64,000 bases of DNA from Callorhinchus milii (taxonomy: Eukaryota), in the NCBI RefSeq assembly GCF_018977255.1, contig NW_024704746.1, positions 43,400,001-43,464,000 on the forward strand, read 5' to 3'. The notes below the pieces were generated by a model. That model ran no database searches. It was not told where the DNA came from and saw nothing but the letters and a program-made list of their open reading frames with translations. The translations under genes were made by a program, and so were the position numbers. This document shows, in pieces, positions 37,681 to 51,648 of the stretch (position 1 is its first letter; each line of letters begins with the position of its first letter).

Positions 37681-38433
37681 AGAGAGGTGAGGTCTTCATG
37701 TTCGGCAAACAGTTTATTGTTTGAAGAAGGAGAATAGCTGGAAGAGCTCCAAGTCAGTTTGTTTGCGGAGGTGATGTACAAATGATGTTGCTTTATACAG
37801 TTGTTGCTGGTGGTGCACTCAATATTTGTTGGAGGCTTGGCAACTGGTTTTCACAACAAAGGCACCTGTTTAAACATCACCTGGCAGATGGGTGTTGTGG
37901 GATAATGCCTAGTTAATAGCTTGTTTTTTGCAATAGTCCGCCAGGGAGAAAAAAAAACAAGTTAACAAATTGTGTGTTATCAAAGTGATTCAGTCTAGAA
38001 TCCACTTCTATAAAAGCTGGATTTGACTGCAGTATATGTTCTGTGCTTTTGGAAATATAAAGACATATATACAGCATATATAAAACACATGATGCAAATA
38101 GATTCAGCCTCTGCTCTGGAGCAAACCTTTCTGTGTTCTTGAGTTGTCCAGTTGGCTCTCGAATAGCTTTTAAGGGAACAATTCTTAATGATTTTACACT
38201 ACTGGTCAAAGGGCAACATTTGAAAAAAAAGTATAATTCTGGAATTGAAAAATTCTATGCTGCCTGTATCAGAAACTGCTTGATGCTGCGATGGGAGAGC
38301 GGGTGATCAGGTGAGTGTTCTGAAAGGTTAAATCAAATGAGCCAAAGGATCTTCTTCATCCAAGCTAATTTTGTGGTCTTTTAATTTTATCGTTACTTCA
38401 TTTATTATTAGTAGTATTTTTATTATTATTATT

Positions 38434-39008
38434 TGCCTCTCCTGAATCATTAACTTGTGAAAGTCTGTCTGACACCAAGCTCTGGATGAGCTCCAACTTT
38501 CTTCAGTTAAATGTTGACAAAACAGAAGCTCTCCTGCTTGGCTCCCTTCATCGCCTTCTTGCCTCAAGTGCTGACAGCATCAAACTACTTGAACACCTCG
38601 CATAGCCAGTGTGGAACCTTGTTCGACACTCAGCTGTTCTTTAAACCCCACATTCATACTCTGACCCGTTCAGCTTTCCCCCACCTCCATAACTTTGCCT
38701 GCCTCCAGTACCACATCTCATCTCGACCAGCTTCATGTACCCTGTCCTATCTGCCTATCATCAGCGGGCGAGCTCTCAGCCGTTCTGTCCCTGTTCTCTG
38801 CAACTCCATTCCAGAGTCCCTTTGACTGGCTCCCTACCTCACCTTTTTCAAAGACTGCCTCGAGACATACCTCTTTGACTATGCTTTTGGTCATCTTTTC
38901 CCTCTCCACCCCTTGGCTCCCACCCCCAGCTTGTGTGCCCAGCCAGCAAGCAGTGTTCAGCTTTTGATACATCCTCCCAATGTGAAAGGTGCTATATAAA
39001 TGTACATT
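38434..39008 (+). mobile_element. L2 ORF2 C-terminal part + 3' end with internal deletions
   Basis: FFKPHIHTLTRSAFPHLHN, ISGRALS..LCNSIP, and tail. Confidence 0.9.
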
Positions 39009-40474
39009 GAAGGAGTGAATGTATTGGATTTCGAGTCTGTGATTGTGTTTTTAAATGAGGGTTTCTCTCTCTCTCTTTGGTGCTGACAATACAGCTGGAA
39101 TTCTGAGATTACCGCCTTTTTATTTGTCAAGTTGAAAGGAAGAGAGAGAATTTGTGCTGTTGGAGCAGTATTAGCCTGAGATCTCATTTCAAGTGCCGAG
39201 CTCAGTACATTTATATGACAGGGCTCCTTGCAATCATGTGTTGCAGGTAAAAGGATGATAGTTCCTTCCACCCATCAGCTCTGAAAGCTGGACTGCAAAT
39301 TCAGGACATCAATGATTGAAATTGTCTCTTTCAGTAGCTGGGTAGAGTTGGAGCTATTATGTTGAACATACAGGTATTGAATGATGATCTCAGTGTTTGT
39401 ACTATTATAGAATTATGTGATTGATTTCTCTAGTATTTCGCATTTTACAAAATATGTGTCGTGATCCAGACTCGGGATTTAATCTGCCACATGCCAAAGA
39501 TCAGCAAAAATCAGACTGGGGGAAGTTACACTACACATAGTTCTCACTCTCTTTTATTGCAAGAATTCAGAACCGGCTTTTTTGTAAAATATGAAATTGT
39601 AGCTTGTCGCAACTGATATTGTAATCTCCCTATCCCTCCCCGATTCTCCCCCCCCCCCCCCCCCCACCTCCAGCAGTAATATTGGATTGAAAATATTGCA
39701 AAAAGCAGTTTCAGAAATTGATCTGACATTGTAATGGAATCATGTAGCCCGTTAAAAGGATAAGTGGGTTTTCTCGATAACTGAATTGATGCAACGATCC
39801 CTAAAGGCAGGTGCTGCACAAAATAGTCTCGGAATCAGTCTGGTGAGGGTTTAAAAATAACTTTTTTCTGTGTACACACACAAGTCAAGAGACTTAGAAG
39901 ATTGATACATGATGTAATAATCCTTGCATTTGGTAATATCACGTTGTTGTGCATTGTATTTTGGAGGTGACGATTGTCAGATGAAGCCTGTTCGCAGTTG
40001 CTTCACCTCCAGAAAGCTATCGAGAGGCTGTAAAATGGGCCAAAGGGCAGAAGCTGTTTATTGGAACCATGATTGCTGAAGGATAACTCACAATAGTTGA
40101 AATGACTGGGATTTTTCAGTCGTACTCTGTTGAACCTGATGGGTGACATTGTTCACCTCATTCATAACAGGACTAGTTTTGCTGTGACCTATAGATGTGT
40201 TGTGGGTCTTTTATATTGAATCTGTTCAAGTTGGAATGCTGCTAAAGTTCACAGTGGAATATCTTTACAATTTATTGAAGGAGAGAAAAAAAACAGCAGT
40301 GCATTTCAATGATATCTAAAATGTAAACCTGTTTACACCGTTAAATTTGCAAATTTATTCCACAAAATTATTGACTCACAAAATCAATGTAAGTAACATG
40401 AGGTTTGTCACTAAAGTTTATTTCCTTGCCGATTAGAAGTGTTTAACATAGATTGAATTTGGAAGTGTAAACTG

Positions 40475-40816
40475 AATAATACTTGCATTTAGTATAGAAC
40501 TTCTCGTGTCAGGAGGATGTCTCAAAGCACTTCATAGGATTTATTGCAAAGTGCAGTGACTGTGTGTTTCATAGGCAAAATGCGCAGCCCATTTGTACAC
40601 AGAAATGTCCCACAAACAGCCATGGAGTGAGTGACCAGTTTATCTGGAGATTTTTGGCCAGAGAGAAACTCTTTTGTTTTTAAATAGAGCTGTGGGATAT
40701 GTAATGGTGCCTCATCTAAGGAGTGTCAGCACGGACTATATGTGTCCTGACGTAGGGCATGAACTTGCAACCTTCCTACACACAGGTGAGAGTGCGACTG
40801 ACTGAGCCAGGCTGAC
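40475..40816 (-). mobile_element. Family-B Deu SINE
   Basis: Tail, partial core and head actgagccaggctgac. Confidence 0.85.
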
Positions 40817-42138
40817 ACACATGCTAATGCATAGAAAGCATATTTTTTAATCATTCCTTCCTGGGGACCTGATCTGGGGCTGATAAGGTGAGTTGGGGCA
40901 GGATCTCTGGAAGTTTCACTTGGAGCTGTAGCAGCCCCACCCCTGTGAGAGGGTGAACACTAATAATAACTAATCGTTATATTTGATACAGCATCTCATC
41001 ACATTGTCGAGATGCTTTTAAGAGCTTCACAGGATTTTTCTGTGAATGGGTGTGACTGTATTTAATTTGTGGGCCAACATGGATCCACATGACTTGGAGA
41101 AGAGTGGAACTGATTTGGCGGGGGGCAAACAACTCCACGGTGTGTTAATAACCAGTCAGAAGATGTTAGCGAAGCACGATCCTTTCAGACTCAGAAAGTT
41201 CTCTTTGGCTTCTTCTAATTAGCATGTCTCTCGGGCAGAAATATCTGTGTGCAAAGCCTTCTGGAGGTTGTGCAGAGAATGTTTATTTTGCGTACACTAA
41301 AAGCCCTTGCCTTGAAGCTTTAGGTCTGATGTGGATCGCTGAATTTAGTCGTCCATCATTATACATGGCTCTCCGTTCCATATTGACTGAGGAGACTGAA
41401 GGTTTGAATAGGATGTTCTGATAGCTCTGCTGTTTCCATAGAGCTCAAGACTGTGGTTTCAGTATGATTAATGACTGCCCTTGTTTGTACAGGGGAGGCA
41501 GAGAAACTCAGTACATTTGACATGTGCCCTGCCTAACAAACGCAGAGCCAAGTTTAAATGGGAGGTCCCAACTTGCAATAACTCTTTGTAATGACTTGCG
41601 GTCTTGCAGTCACTGCTAGTGGAGTTTAAATACCTTGTTCTTAAGCCTAAGGAACTGGTAGTTGTACGACTCAACATAAAAAGCATCTCGAATGTTGGGA
41701 CTGGGTGGCCACTGTGATGTTGCTGCGGGAATTAATGCAGTTAAAACAGCAGACATCCAGCAGATCGAAAGATCTTGGTGAAGGAGCTTACAAGCGTCTG
41801 TGAACAGGGCAACTGATGTCTGTCAAGGTTTCGTTCTCAGTTTAATTTAAGAACATGAAAAGGTTTGGCATACATTCTGTGCACCATGGACACATAGAGT
41901 CAGCAGTGGACAGTACTGTTCAGTTCACCTTGACTCGATTTTTCTCTCTTGTTATTTGGCTCAAGAGTGAATTGGAGCATTGCCATTGACACCATGCACT
42001 TCTGATTGGTGTTCGGGCTGTTGCAAGGTGCTGGCATGTCACCCATTTCCTTTTTGAAGAAGTTAGTTTTATTGTGAAGGACCCTGCAAATTGGAACCTC
42101 TAAACCCCAATTTATTCAGATTTATTTTTAGCATACAA

Positions 42139-42428
42139 CCGTCTTTTGGATGAGATGTTAAACCAAGGTCCCATCTGCCTGTGCAGGTGGATGTTAAAGA
42201 GCCCATGGCATTATTCGAAAACAGAAGGGAGTTTCTCCTTATGTCTTGGACAAAAATAAAATTGGTCATTCACTTCATTGCTTGCTGTGGGATATTGTTG
42301 TGCTCACAACTGGCTGCCGCATTCGCCCACAAAAATACAGTCACTACACTTTACAGTATTTCCTGTGAAGTGCTTTGGGACGTCCTCCCAATGTGAATGA
42401 CCCTTACCAATGTAAGGATTATTATTAT
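42139..42428 (+). mobile_element. Family-B Deu SINE, headless
   Basis: Core and tail. Confidence 0.9.
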
Positions 42429-43031
42429 GAGGAAATTTTCCTCTTCAATCGCACACATGCATTTTTTCAGCAGAAAGTTGTGTTCCATTAACAAAATCAC
42501 AATAAGAAATGATGTCCAGGCTCAGAATAGACTTGCTCTGGAGAGCAATTTAACCTTTATTCCATTATAGTCCTGTACATTCAGTTAAAATAACATCCTC
42601 TCTTAATTAAAGGAAAAGTTTACAATGCGATACTATTCACTTTGTTGTAAATCAAACTAAATTAACATTGCAAAGCTCTAATCATCATTGCAGAGCAGTG
42701 ATTTTTTTTAAAACAATCTTTTCTTTCACAAGACAAATCCTTTTTGGTGGTAAAGCCTGTAATTCTATGAGTTGAAATGATGTCTAAAATCTGCATTGCC
42801 TGGGAGCTTTTTACATAAGGCTCAGGCCAGCCTGGTTAGAAAGCAGTAGTTGATGGGTGGGGTTATGGTCAGTGGGGGGGGCGGTTTCCAAACATTCCAG
42901 CCCACCTTAAAACTATTAAAACTGCCAGCGGTCAGCACGCCCATCGGTGCTAACATCATGACATGACCGACAACACAACTACAGTGTGTGCACACAGAAA
43001 GACAGCACTCTATCAGTGAGCAAATTGCTTC

Positions 43032-43122
43032 AAATCCTATTGTCGTGCTTCCCAACTCGTCACTGAAATTAACAGGATTCGGGAAGTCTGGGAAGGGGTT
43101 TGGGAAGCACATGATGGGTATT
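43032..43122. repeat. Imperfect inverted repeat (MITE-like hairpin)
   Basis: gtgcttcccaa (43045-43055) pairs with ttgggaagcac (43100-43110); the stem extends outward with GU pairs. Confidence 0.6.
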
Positions 43123-44539
43123 GCGGTGTTGCTGAATTCGAAAGGGCTGAGCGGATTGCCCTTGGTTCTGAAGGGATGGTCTGGTTGATGACTGGCAGCT
43201 AACTCCTGTGTGCGCAGAGAGTGGCACTCCCTTGTACTGTAACCAGAGAGGTTGTGTCTTGTCTGAAAGTAACCCGACCTCTCGGGAAACGTTTTGCTGT
43301 TTGTACTGGATTCAAAAGGATCAAAGGAGTTACCTTTGGGAAATGCACAATAATTTTTTCTTCAGTGTAAAGGCCAAAATTGAACGAGCATTGAATTTGA
43401 GCACCCACTGATGTGTGTGAGGTAGATGATTGCAGGAAAGAATATGTCACTTTGCAGCTGGGGATCCAACCTGGGAGTCACAAGAATTCAGGCAGTTTGG
43501 TGATCGATCCATGTGAATGGCAGACAAACCCTTCCCTGTGTTTTGCAGTCAGAAAGCTGATCTTTCCCTGGCAAGCTCACCTCTTCTCCAGCCATGGTTT
43601 AAAAGCTTCCTCATGCACCAGGTTTCATGCTTTCCTTACCTGTGACTCAGAGCGTCGAGGGACCACACTGTGCACCATTCTCCTGCCTTCGGTTATTGTT
43701 TCAGTACAATTTCTTTCCCCCTTTGTCGTCTTCCCAGCCACCGAAATGTCATCGCCCAAGGCCAGGAAATCTTTGATCTGAGCCACCTCACGGAAACCAG
43801 ATGAATGCCGGCCTTTTGTGAATATTGATAGCTTTTTAAACAGCGAATCCAGCGTTATTAAATCCATTGGTGCATTCAGGAGCCATGCCAAGAGTACAGC
43901 CCACCGTCAAAGCACTGGGCAAAGTGGGCAGCCCATGTACTGAAGATGCAAGGAGGTGTGAAGGATGAATGGAAATGTTAATGTGTGTTTTTTTTGTAAT
44001 TTTTTTAAAAAAGATTTTTGTCAGTGGAATGAAAAGCCTTTGTGATGCCATCTAACTCAAAGTTTTCAATTCACTTGGCAAAGGCTACAGCAGCGTGCTT
44101 TCTCTACGCTATTTCAACCCGTCATGTCCAGCGCAGCGCAAGCCGTACCTCAGCAGGTACAGTCTCATTGTGCTTACACACTGCTCCCTGAGCTAACTGG
44201 CTGCCTGCCTCCAGTCCCACTCATTAGAGAATTAATTGGCAGCTCGTTGACATGAGCTGCTCCTCAAACTTTTGTCTTGTCTCATTCCACTTTTCAGTGG
44301 TGAAGAAAGCCTCAGCAGGACCTGTTTGGCACTTCTTCCATCTAGGTTTATCAGACGGCATTTGTTTACGTGTAAGTGCCTTTGGATTTCATTTGCCTCT
44401 CTGAAAAATGAGTTCTGCCTTTGCCAGAACTGCAGCTCCCACAAGATGCTTCACTGGCGATGAAATCAGCAACAAGTAGCCTGTGTTTTGATGGTAACCC
44501 CTTTTATTCAGTGGGCTATTGGGAACACGCTGCTCTTAA

Positions 44540-44900
44540 CGATTAGACAAGCTAGGGTTCTTCAGTCTTGAGAGGAGACATTTCAGAGTTGCATAACATT
44601 TTAAATGGAATTGAAAAGATAAACCCAGATCAATACTTCAGGACAAGACAGTAGAGTAAGCAAACACAGCTTTAGAGTTGTACAGGGCAATTTCAGGACA
44701 GACACCAGGAAGTTTTTCTTTATACAGAGTGTAATTAATGACTGAACAGGTTGCAAGGAAAGGTGGTTCAGGCTCAGATACTGGACTCATTTAAAGAGCA
44801 GCTTGATGCTGTGATGGGGGATGGAGTGGGGGCGTGGGTGGGGAATGGTTGAGTGGGTGATCTGGAACGATGAGATCGAATGGGCCAAAGGGCATCCTGT
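44540..44900 (+). mobile_element. CR1 ORF2 C-terminus + 3' UTR
   Basis: LGFFSLERR..., FRTDTRKFFFIQSVIN..., FKEQLD, and 3' UTR gatcgaatgggccaaagggc. Confidence 0.88.
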
Positions 44901-47900
44901 GAACTGTTTGTTCAACGGTGCTTTCTGATGCCCATCCTCACAGGTGTTGAGAGGAAGCTGGTGTCAGTTGTACAACTGAGTTATACAAAAGAATGGCTTA
45001 TTCAATCCAAATCGACTGCTACAATAAATTGGGGGCAGGGTGGGTGTTGGAAGGGTTGCTGACCACTTTTGATGCTTTATTTCTCATCATCTGATCTCTG
45101 TCCTCCTCCTTCTCTTCCTCATCCTGGCCTTTGACTTCCGCAGTAGCCTACAAATACACATTCACGACTCTTCACAGTAAATTCCTGTGAAGCCCTTTTA
45201 GACGTCTCGACATTGTGATGAGGTGCTATACCAAATGCAAGGATTATAATTATCCTGAAAATCCAAAGCTGCTTTTTACTTAACATAGCTGTGTGCAATG
45301 ATGACCTGGCTTATTGGGTCATATTGTGCACCCCCTGCATATTTCCTGCTGGGACCACCTCTCTGTTGGCTCAGTGAACGTGCTCAAGCAATCTCAATTT
45401 TAGCTTAAGGAAGTGGTCATTAAGAGGAAAGTGCTCCGGGGACAAAATTCCATTAAAATAAACTGAGAGGAAGTCTTAATACTTTCTGTGTACTGAGTGA
45501 AAGAGGTTTCTCAGTTAATATATAGGTTGTAACCCACAGAGTAATAAACTATGAATTACTGGCAGTTCTGTGCTCATAATGAAAATCATTCCTTCCGTTA
45601 TATGTGGGTTTATTTAATGCATTGCCCTGTAAGGCCTCGACTTGGTTGGGCTTCTTCCCAAAGGTACTGCCAAATGAATGTGCAACAGCGAAAGCTGCCC
45701 TCACTGGTCCCTATTGCAACAGAACCTTTCTGGTCTGCTTCTGAAAGAATATTCATAATTCTCCTGGAACTACACAGTGGAGCGAGGAGCAAATCTGCAG
45801 CATTATAACCATCCTACCTTTTGATATTGTATCTTTCATGTCAGGAGGATTTCTCAAAGCACTTCATAGAAATTGCTGTAAAGTGCAGTCACTGTGTCTT
45901 TGTAGGACAATGTGGTACAGCAATGTGCCACAAACTGCCGTTAAGTGAATGAACAATTTTAAGTGAAACCTACTCTCTTGGGCAGTCCTTCATTTTGCTA
46001 ATGGTGAGGTATATTTCGTGAATTATGATCACCATTTGCCTACAAATACACAGTCAATCCACTTTACAGTAAATCCTGTGAAGCCCTTCCAATGTCATAA
46101 GGCGCTATCCCAAATGCAAGGATTATTATTATTACCACTTGCAAATGTGTACAGCAGGAATTACTGGATATGAGCTGGGAGTGGGGTTGTTGGGTAATGA
46201 TGGGGAAGTCTCATTGGGGCTGAACTGGCTCCAAGATGAAGTACCACCTTTACAGGCAGATGGGACCTCGATTTAACATCTCTTACATAAGACGGCACCT
46301 TTGACAATGTAGCACACATGCAGCACTGCATTGGAGTATCAACATAGACAATATGGGTTCAAAGTTCCGTCCTTGGGTTTACAACCTTCTGACTTGGATG
46401 CAGTAATGGTACCAACACACATCCACGTGGCTTCTGTTCATGTGGGAGCCAAGGCTTTCACTGTCAGTACTCAATGGAACTGTTGGGAATTATCATGCCC
46501 TATGCAATTTGTGTTTGAGACAGGTAAAAAACTGCTTGAAACAAACTTGCTAACTGGCAGATCTGTTTAACTTGTTTTCAGAGCTGATTAGCCCTCATAA
46601 TATTTGCAGAGTTTGACTTCCAGGCCTCCCAAAGTTACACAGATTGCTAACCATTCAAACTTCAACTATCAGACCACCTCAGAGTCAAAAAATGATTTGG
46701 GTTATTGTCCCCACACTGGCATTTTGAGGGGATGTGAATGATCCCATGGCACTATTCAAAAACAAAATGGCGTTTCTCCTGGTGTCCTGGCAACAATCCC
46801 CCAAATAAAATCAATCACTCATGCCATGGCTGTTTGTGAGACATTGGCTGCCTCATTCAACGACAAAATAAGCTATATTTTAAGGTAATTCTGTGAAGCA
46901 CTTTGAGACGTTTGACAGTGTGGTAAGGCACTATATCAAATGCAAGGATTACTGTTAATATTCTTTACACAATTGTTTAAATTAAGAATGCACAAAGTGC
47001 TCCTGTAATCCCAAATAATTGGTCTGTCCTGTTGGTTGCAAATTATTTTTAATTGAAGTTGATTTCCGCTTCAGCAAAAAGTTCAACAGATGCTTTTTAA
47101 AAAATTTGGTACATGCAGTTATTTTAAATAGATATATTATCCAGTTTCTTATATTGATCTGATTTAATTTTAAATTAAATTCTTGCCATTTCCCTTCCGT
47201 GTTTTATAAAGGCTGTGCCAATGAGCTGGCATGTTTTGGTTGCAAGAACAACAAAACTGCGTGAGTCAAGGATGTTATGGTAGTGTAAGATAGGCCTCTT
47301 GTGTTTTCTTGGCTTCACAACTGATGTACATTGATGTGGACTGGCCACTCTGTATTCCAGCCTCAAATTCATGAACTATTTATTAGTTGTGGGGTCAGGG
47401 ATTCATGAATGCTTTACTATCTGCAGTACTGTCATAGCTATAATTCTGTTCTATTGAAGCAGAGTGAAGATACTGTACTGAGTTGATTTGTTTTCCTTGT
47501 TTTGTGAATGCATCAAAGTAACATTAAAATTACTCTCACATTATATACATGCAATCTCTCTCTCTCTCTCTCATACAGACAATCGTAACATTACTTCTGT
47601 GATACATTTGATCAACAGAACCAGTCTTTGCATTCCAAATGCTTTTAAATCATTTCTATTGCCAGTAAAATATCTTATTACACAGCCATGAACATTTGAA
47701 GACAATGAAGTGAATGAATAATGAAGCCACTTGAATATTATATGGTACATGGCAGTACCAGCGTCAAACACGTTTGTTTATAAATGATGATGCCTTGTTC
47801 CGATTAACTTAATGGCTTTATTTAGCAACTGCTATTGAAGTGAGGAAATGTTCATTTAGTGTAAACAGTTACACAGATTTCAATAAAATCCTTGAGGTGT

Positions 47901-49069
47901 TATCCCTGCCCTTAAAGTCTTTCTTCCAGTGTCATGACGAGGCAGACCAGTGTGAATCATGGAAAGTCAGGCATTCCTGATGGAGAATTGTATCATAATA
48001 ATAATCTTTACATTTGGTATAGCGCCTTTCACATAAGGAGGATATCCTAAAGCGCTTCATAGGATAAACTGTAAAGCGGAGTGACCATGACTTTTGTGGG
48101 TGAAATCATCCTGTTGTCTAACACAGATGATTCTAAGATCATTGAGAAGAAATAGGTGTGATTTCCTGAGCTGCTTGTGAGAAGGAAAGAGGATATGCTG
48201 CACAGAACTGACAGGAGTGAGGGGCACAGTAAACATTTTGGCCTGGGAGTGGTAGCACTGTCAGCTCCTTGGGTACAGAGAGAAATGTTAGTGACACATT
48301 TGATGTCTGTACATGCGGATACAACCACGTTCTCTCCCCCAGTCCAATTTAAAAGATTTTACTCTTTGTGAGCTCTCGTGGTCATAATTTTGCACAATTT
48401 TTTGTAGCCCATTAAAAAAAGTCTATTGTGGTTTTTGAATCTTTGAATATAAAGCGCATCGCATGGCAACATTTGTAAATATGTACATATTAAATGGCAA
48501 AGCAGGGAGCCTTGTTATAGCATTGCCTTCAGTGATATGCCTGTTTAATTTTTACTGCTCGGAGCTTTCATTTTATTGTAGGGTAATGTCTTTTAGAAAA
48601 TCTCTGAATTGCAATATATTTGTATAATAATGCGCATGTGAAATGAACACTGCTTTAAGGTTTTGGCAGGTTGATGTTGGATGTCTGGGACAAGATACAA
48701 TTATCAGAATAATTCTGGCATTTGATATTACACGTGAATATCTCACCGTGTTTCAGTATGGTGACTTTATTTGTTCACAAATGTGGCAGCTATTTTGGAC
48801 ATAGCAAGGTCCCACTAATGGCCGTTAAGCAAAAGTCCCTTTTATCTGGAGGATTGGTGGTCAGTCTTCTCTTTAAATCATTTCATGGGATATCGCCCAC
48901 AAAATATACAGTCAATCACTTTGCCGTATATTCTGTGAATTGCTTTGAGACGTCTCGAAGATATGATTAGGTGCTAAATCAAATCCAAAGGTTATTATTG
49001 TTATATTATCTTTAAAATCCACATGTTAAATATGTGGATATGTGGGCCGGGCGTATGTTAGATGCTGGT

Positions 49070-49375
49070 GAAAGGTTCAAGCTGCACTTCGTAAGTCAAG
49101 CTCATAGTCAGAAATGACACTCCAGTGCAATGCTGGGGGCGCACAGCTTTGTTGGAGGCGTCATGGTTTGGATATGACGTTCACTCCAAAGTCCTGCCAG
49201 CTTATTCAGGTGGATGTTAAAATTCTGTTGTGCTGTTCAAATAGAGAAAGGAGTTTCTCCCGATGTCCTGGTCAGCAATCCCCCAGACGAATTGGTCATT
49301 CACCTCATGACTGTTTTGTGGACATTGCTGTAAGTAAATTGGCTGCGAGTTTTGCCTAAAAAAACAGGCACTACC
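49070..49375 (+). mobile_element. Family-B Deu SINE (partial)
   Basis: Core motifs tgacactccagtgca, ttcaggtggatgttaaa and tcctggtcagcaatcccc. Confidence 0.8.
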
Positions 49376-50104
49376 TCTCATAATAATTACAAGTGCAGTG
49401 GGTGACTTTTTCGATACAGCTGTTGCGAAAATGGTCTTTTTTAGATAGCAGTTTACGGATGCTTATCCTGCAACCCAGATCCTGAGCGATGAAGTATATA
49501 AATGAGACAGGGTGATGGGCACAAAGGATTGCTCACTCATGTGCATTGTCTGCATCAGCTTCTCTTCAGGAGCTGCAGGCTCCTGAGTGATTTATCTAAA
49601 TATACATACACACATACAGCCACTCAGTCATTCGTTTGTGGCAGAGAGGGCAGTATTAAGTGTGTGGTTTTTTTGAATGGTCTTGTGGTTTATGTGACCA
49701 TGCTTGACCTGAACTACTTGAGGGAATGTGGGTATTGATCCTGCCTGTAACTCAGAAAGGGGAGTCAGATCGAAAGGTCAGAGGGAACACCAGAGCGCTC
49801 CCTTTCCACACCCCAATCTCGCAGTGAAAATTATTTTTCTATTCGGCAACTTTAGATTCAGCAGCATAGCTCGGCAGAAGTGGCCAGTGGCCAGGTTTAA
49901 ATACTGTCTTTTCATTCTTGTGTACCTCACGGGTGAGAGAACGTGCACACCTTCTCCGGGGGCAATTCGCGCTGCCATTCCCACACGTTTTTCCAAATAA
50001 CCTTTTGTTGAAGCTATCCCCACAGTAGAGTCCTGAATAATTAGGAATAATGTGATAGTACCTAAGATATCCTCTTTGTAGAAACATGAATTTAAAAAAA
50101 CTGC

Positions 50105-50315
50105 TGAGCGCAATTGGCTGCGGCGTTCGCCCACAAAATATACAGTCAATTCACTTTACAGTGTGTTCTGTGAAGCGTTTGGGACGTCCTCCCGACGTGA
50201 AAAACGCTATATCAAATGCAAGGATTATTATTATTATTTTGTGAAGCGCTTTGAAATGTCTTGAAGATGTGATAAGGCGCTATATCAAATACAAGGGTTA
50301 TTATTATTACTATTA
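50105..50315 (+). mobile_element. Two tandem SINE tails
   Basis: Tail+(TTA)n is followed directly by a second gtgaagcgcttt...tail+(TTA)n with a different loop sequence. Confidence 0.9.
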
Positions 50316-50328
50316 TTTAGGTGAATAT

Positions 50329-50592
50329 TGGGTATTAAGATTAATATTAACATTGGAATGTCTGCATTAAAGACATTCTAACAATTTGGTTCTGGATTGG
50401 GTTAACATTACAATAATCAAGCTATCCTCACAGTTATCTTGGATGAGGAGTAATATTACTGAACTGAAGCTATCCCCTAGGTAGATACTTGGATTAAGGT
50501 TAATATTGCAATGCTAAAGACATCCTAATAGTTTAGTCCTGGATTAGGGTTGATATTGTGACATACTAATATTACAGTATGTGGATAAGATT
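50329..50592. repeat. Degenerate ~47-50 bp minisatellite, ~5 units
   Basis: Recurrent ggattRRggttaatattRca...aag(ac/ct)atcc...tt. Confidence 0.7.
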
Positions 50593-51176
50593 GGTGTGCA
50601 ATAAGCATTGTGTGATGTGAGTGCTTTTCCGTCATTCTATCCTGAGCCTCATGGGAAAGGGGCGAGGAGTTCCTTCTGGCTAAATATCACCCGTCAATAA
50701 ATACGGTTCTCATCAACTAGATGAAAATCGATTTTTCATTCCACTCCCACACGCTTTGTCTGAGAAGTAACGGTGTGCTCAGGGCAATTTTGTTTTAGAA
50801 ATCCGGAACCACCATCATTTTGGCCACAAAATATACAGTCAATTCCCTTACAGTATATAGATGCTTTGAGATGTCTAGAAGACGTGATAAGGCATTATAT
50901 CAAACGCAAGGATTATTATTACTACAATGTTGTGCTACACTTTACTGCTCTCTGGAAATGTAACAGCTTTTTTGAAAAGATAAAGAGGCCGTTTGCTGCT
51001 TTGCTATATACGGCAGTGATGTCACTATACCTGGGAGGGAAGTCAGAGCTTTGTTGTGGATAGGTTTCTGTAGCATTTCAAGCTGTACAGTAACTTGTTT
51101 GTGGGATGTTGCTATGTGCAAATTAGCTGTCACGTTCTTCAACAATGTAAGGATTTTCATATATCTGACCTTGATG

Positions 51177-51648
51177 TGAAGTAAGGACTGACATAAATTC
51201 TTTCAATCAATCGATATTTATTAATGTGAATTAGCAAGGTTATGCAAGTTACAATCAGTTAATCAATCAAAGGTAATGCTTACGTATATTTAGTACAACA
51301 AGTAACGTTGGTCGGACCTATGTTGTGGAGAAGAGTTGGAGGAAGAATCAACTGATCAACTGGTACCAGGATTGTTGTTTTGTGAGTGTCGATCATGTTG
51401 ACGGTTGCCTCGATCTTTTCTTTATTTCTTTAAGATATTGATTATGGGTAGCTGATGTTACAGATAGCCAGTCCATTCCCAAATCTCTCTTTTCTGCTTC
51501 CTTTGCTAAAGCTACCGTCCTTTTAACCGGATGTTCGATGACCTTATTGGAGTCCTTGTTTCTGTTTCTGCAAAGTCAGCTTCTGCAAAACGTAAGACTC
51601 CTGACTGCCTTGATTAGATCATTCTGATGTTTTTATTTTTATCAGACA
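51177..51648 (-). mobile_element. Solo LTR (472 bp)
   Basis: TG...CA termini; 5-bp TSD TGATG at 51172-51176 and 51649-51653; AATAAA on the minus strand ~40 nt from its 3' end; CCAAT on the minus strand near 51546; CpGs retained. Confidence 0.7.
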
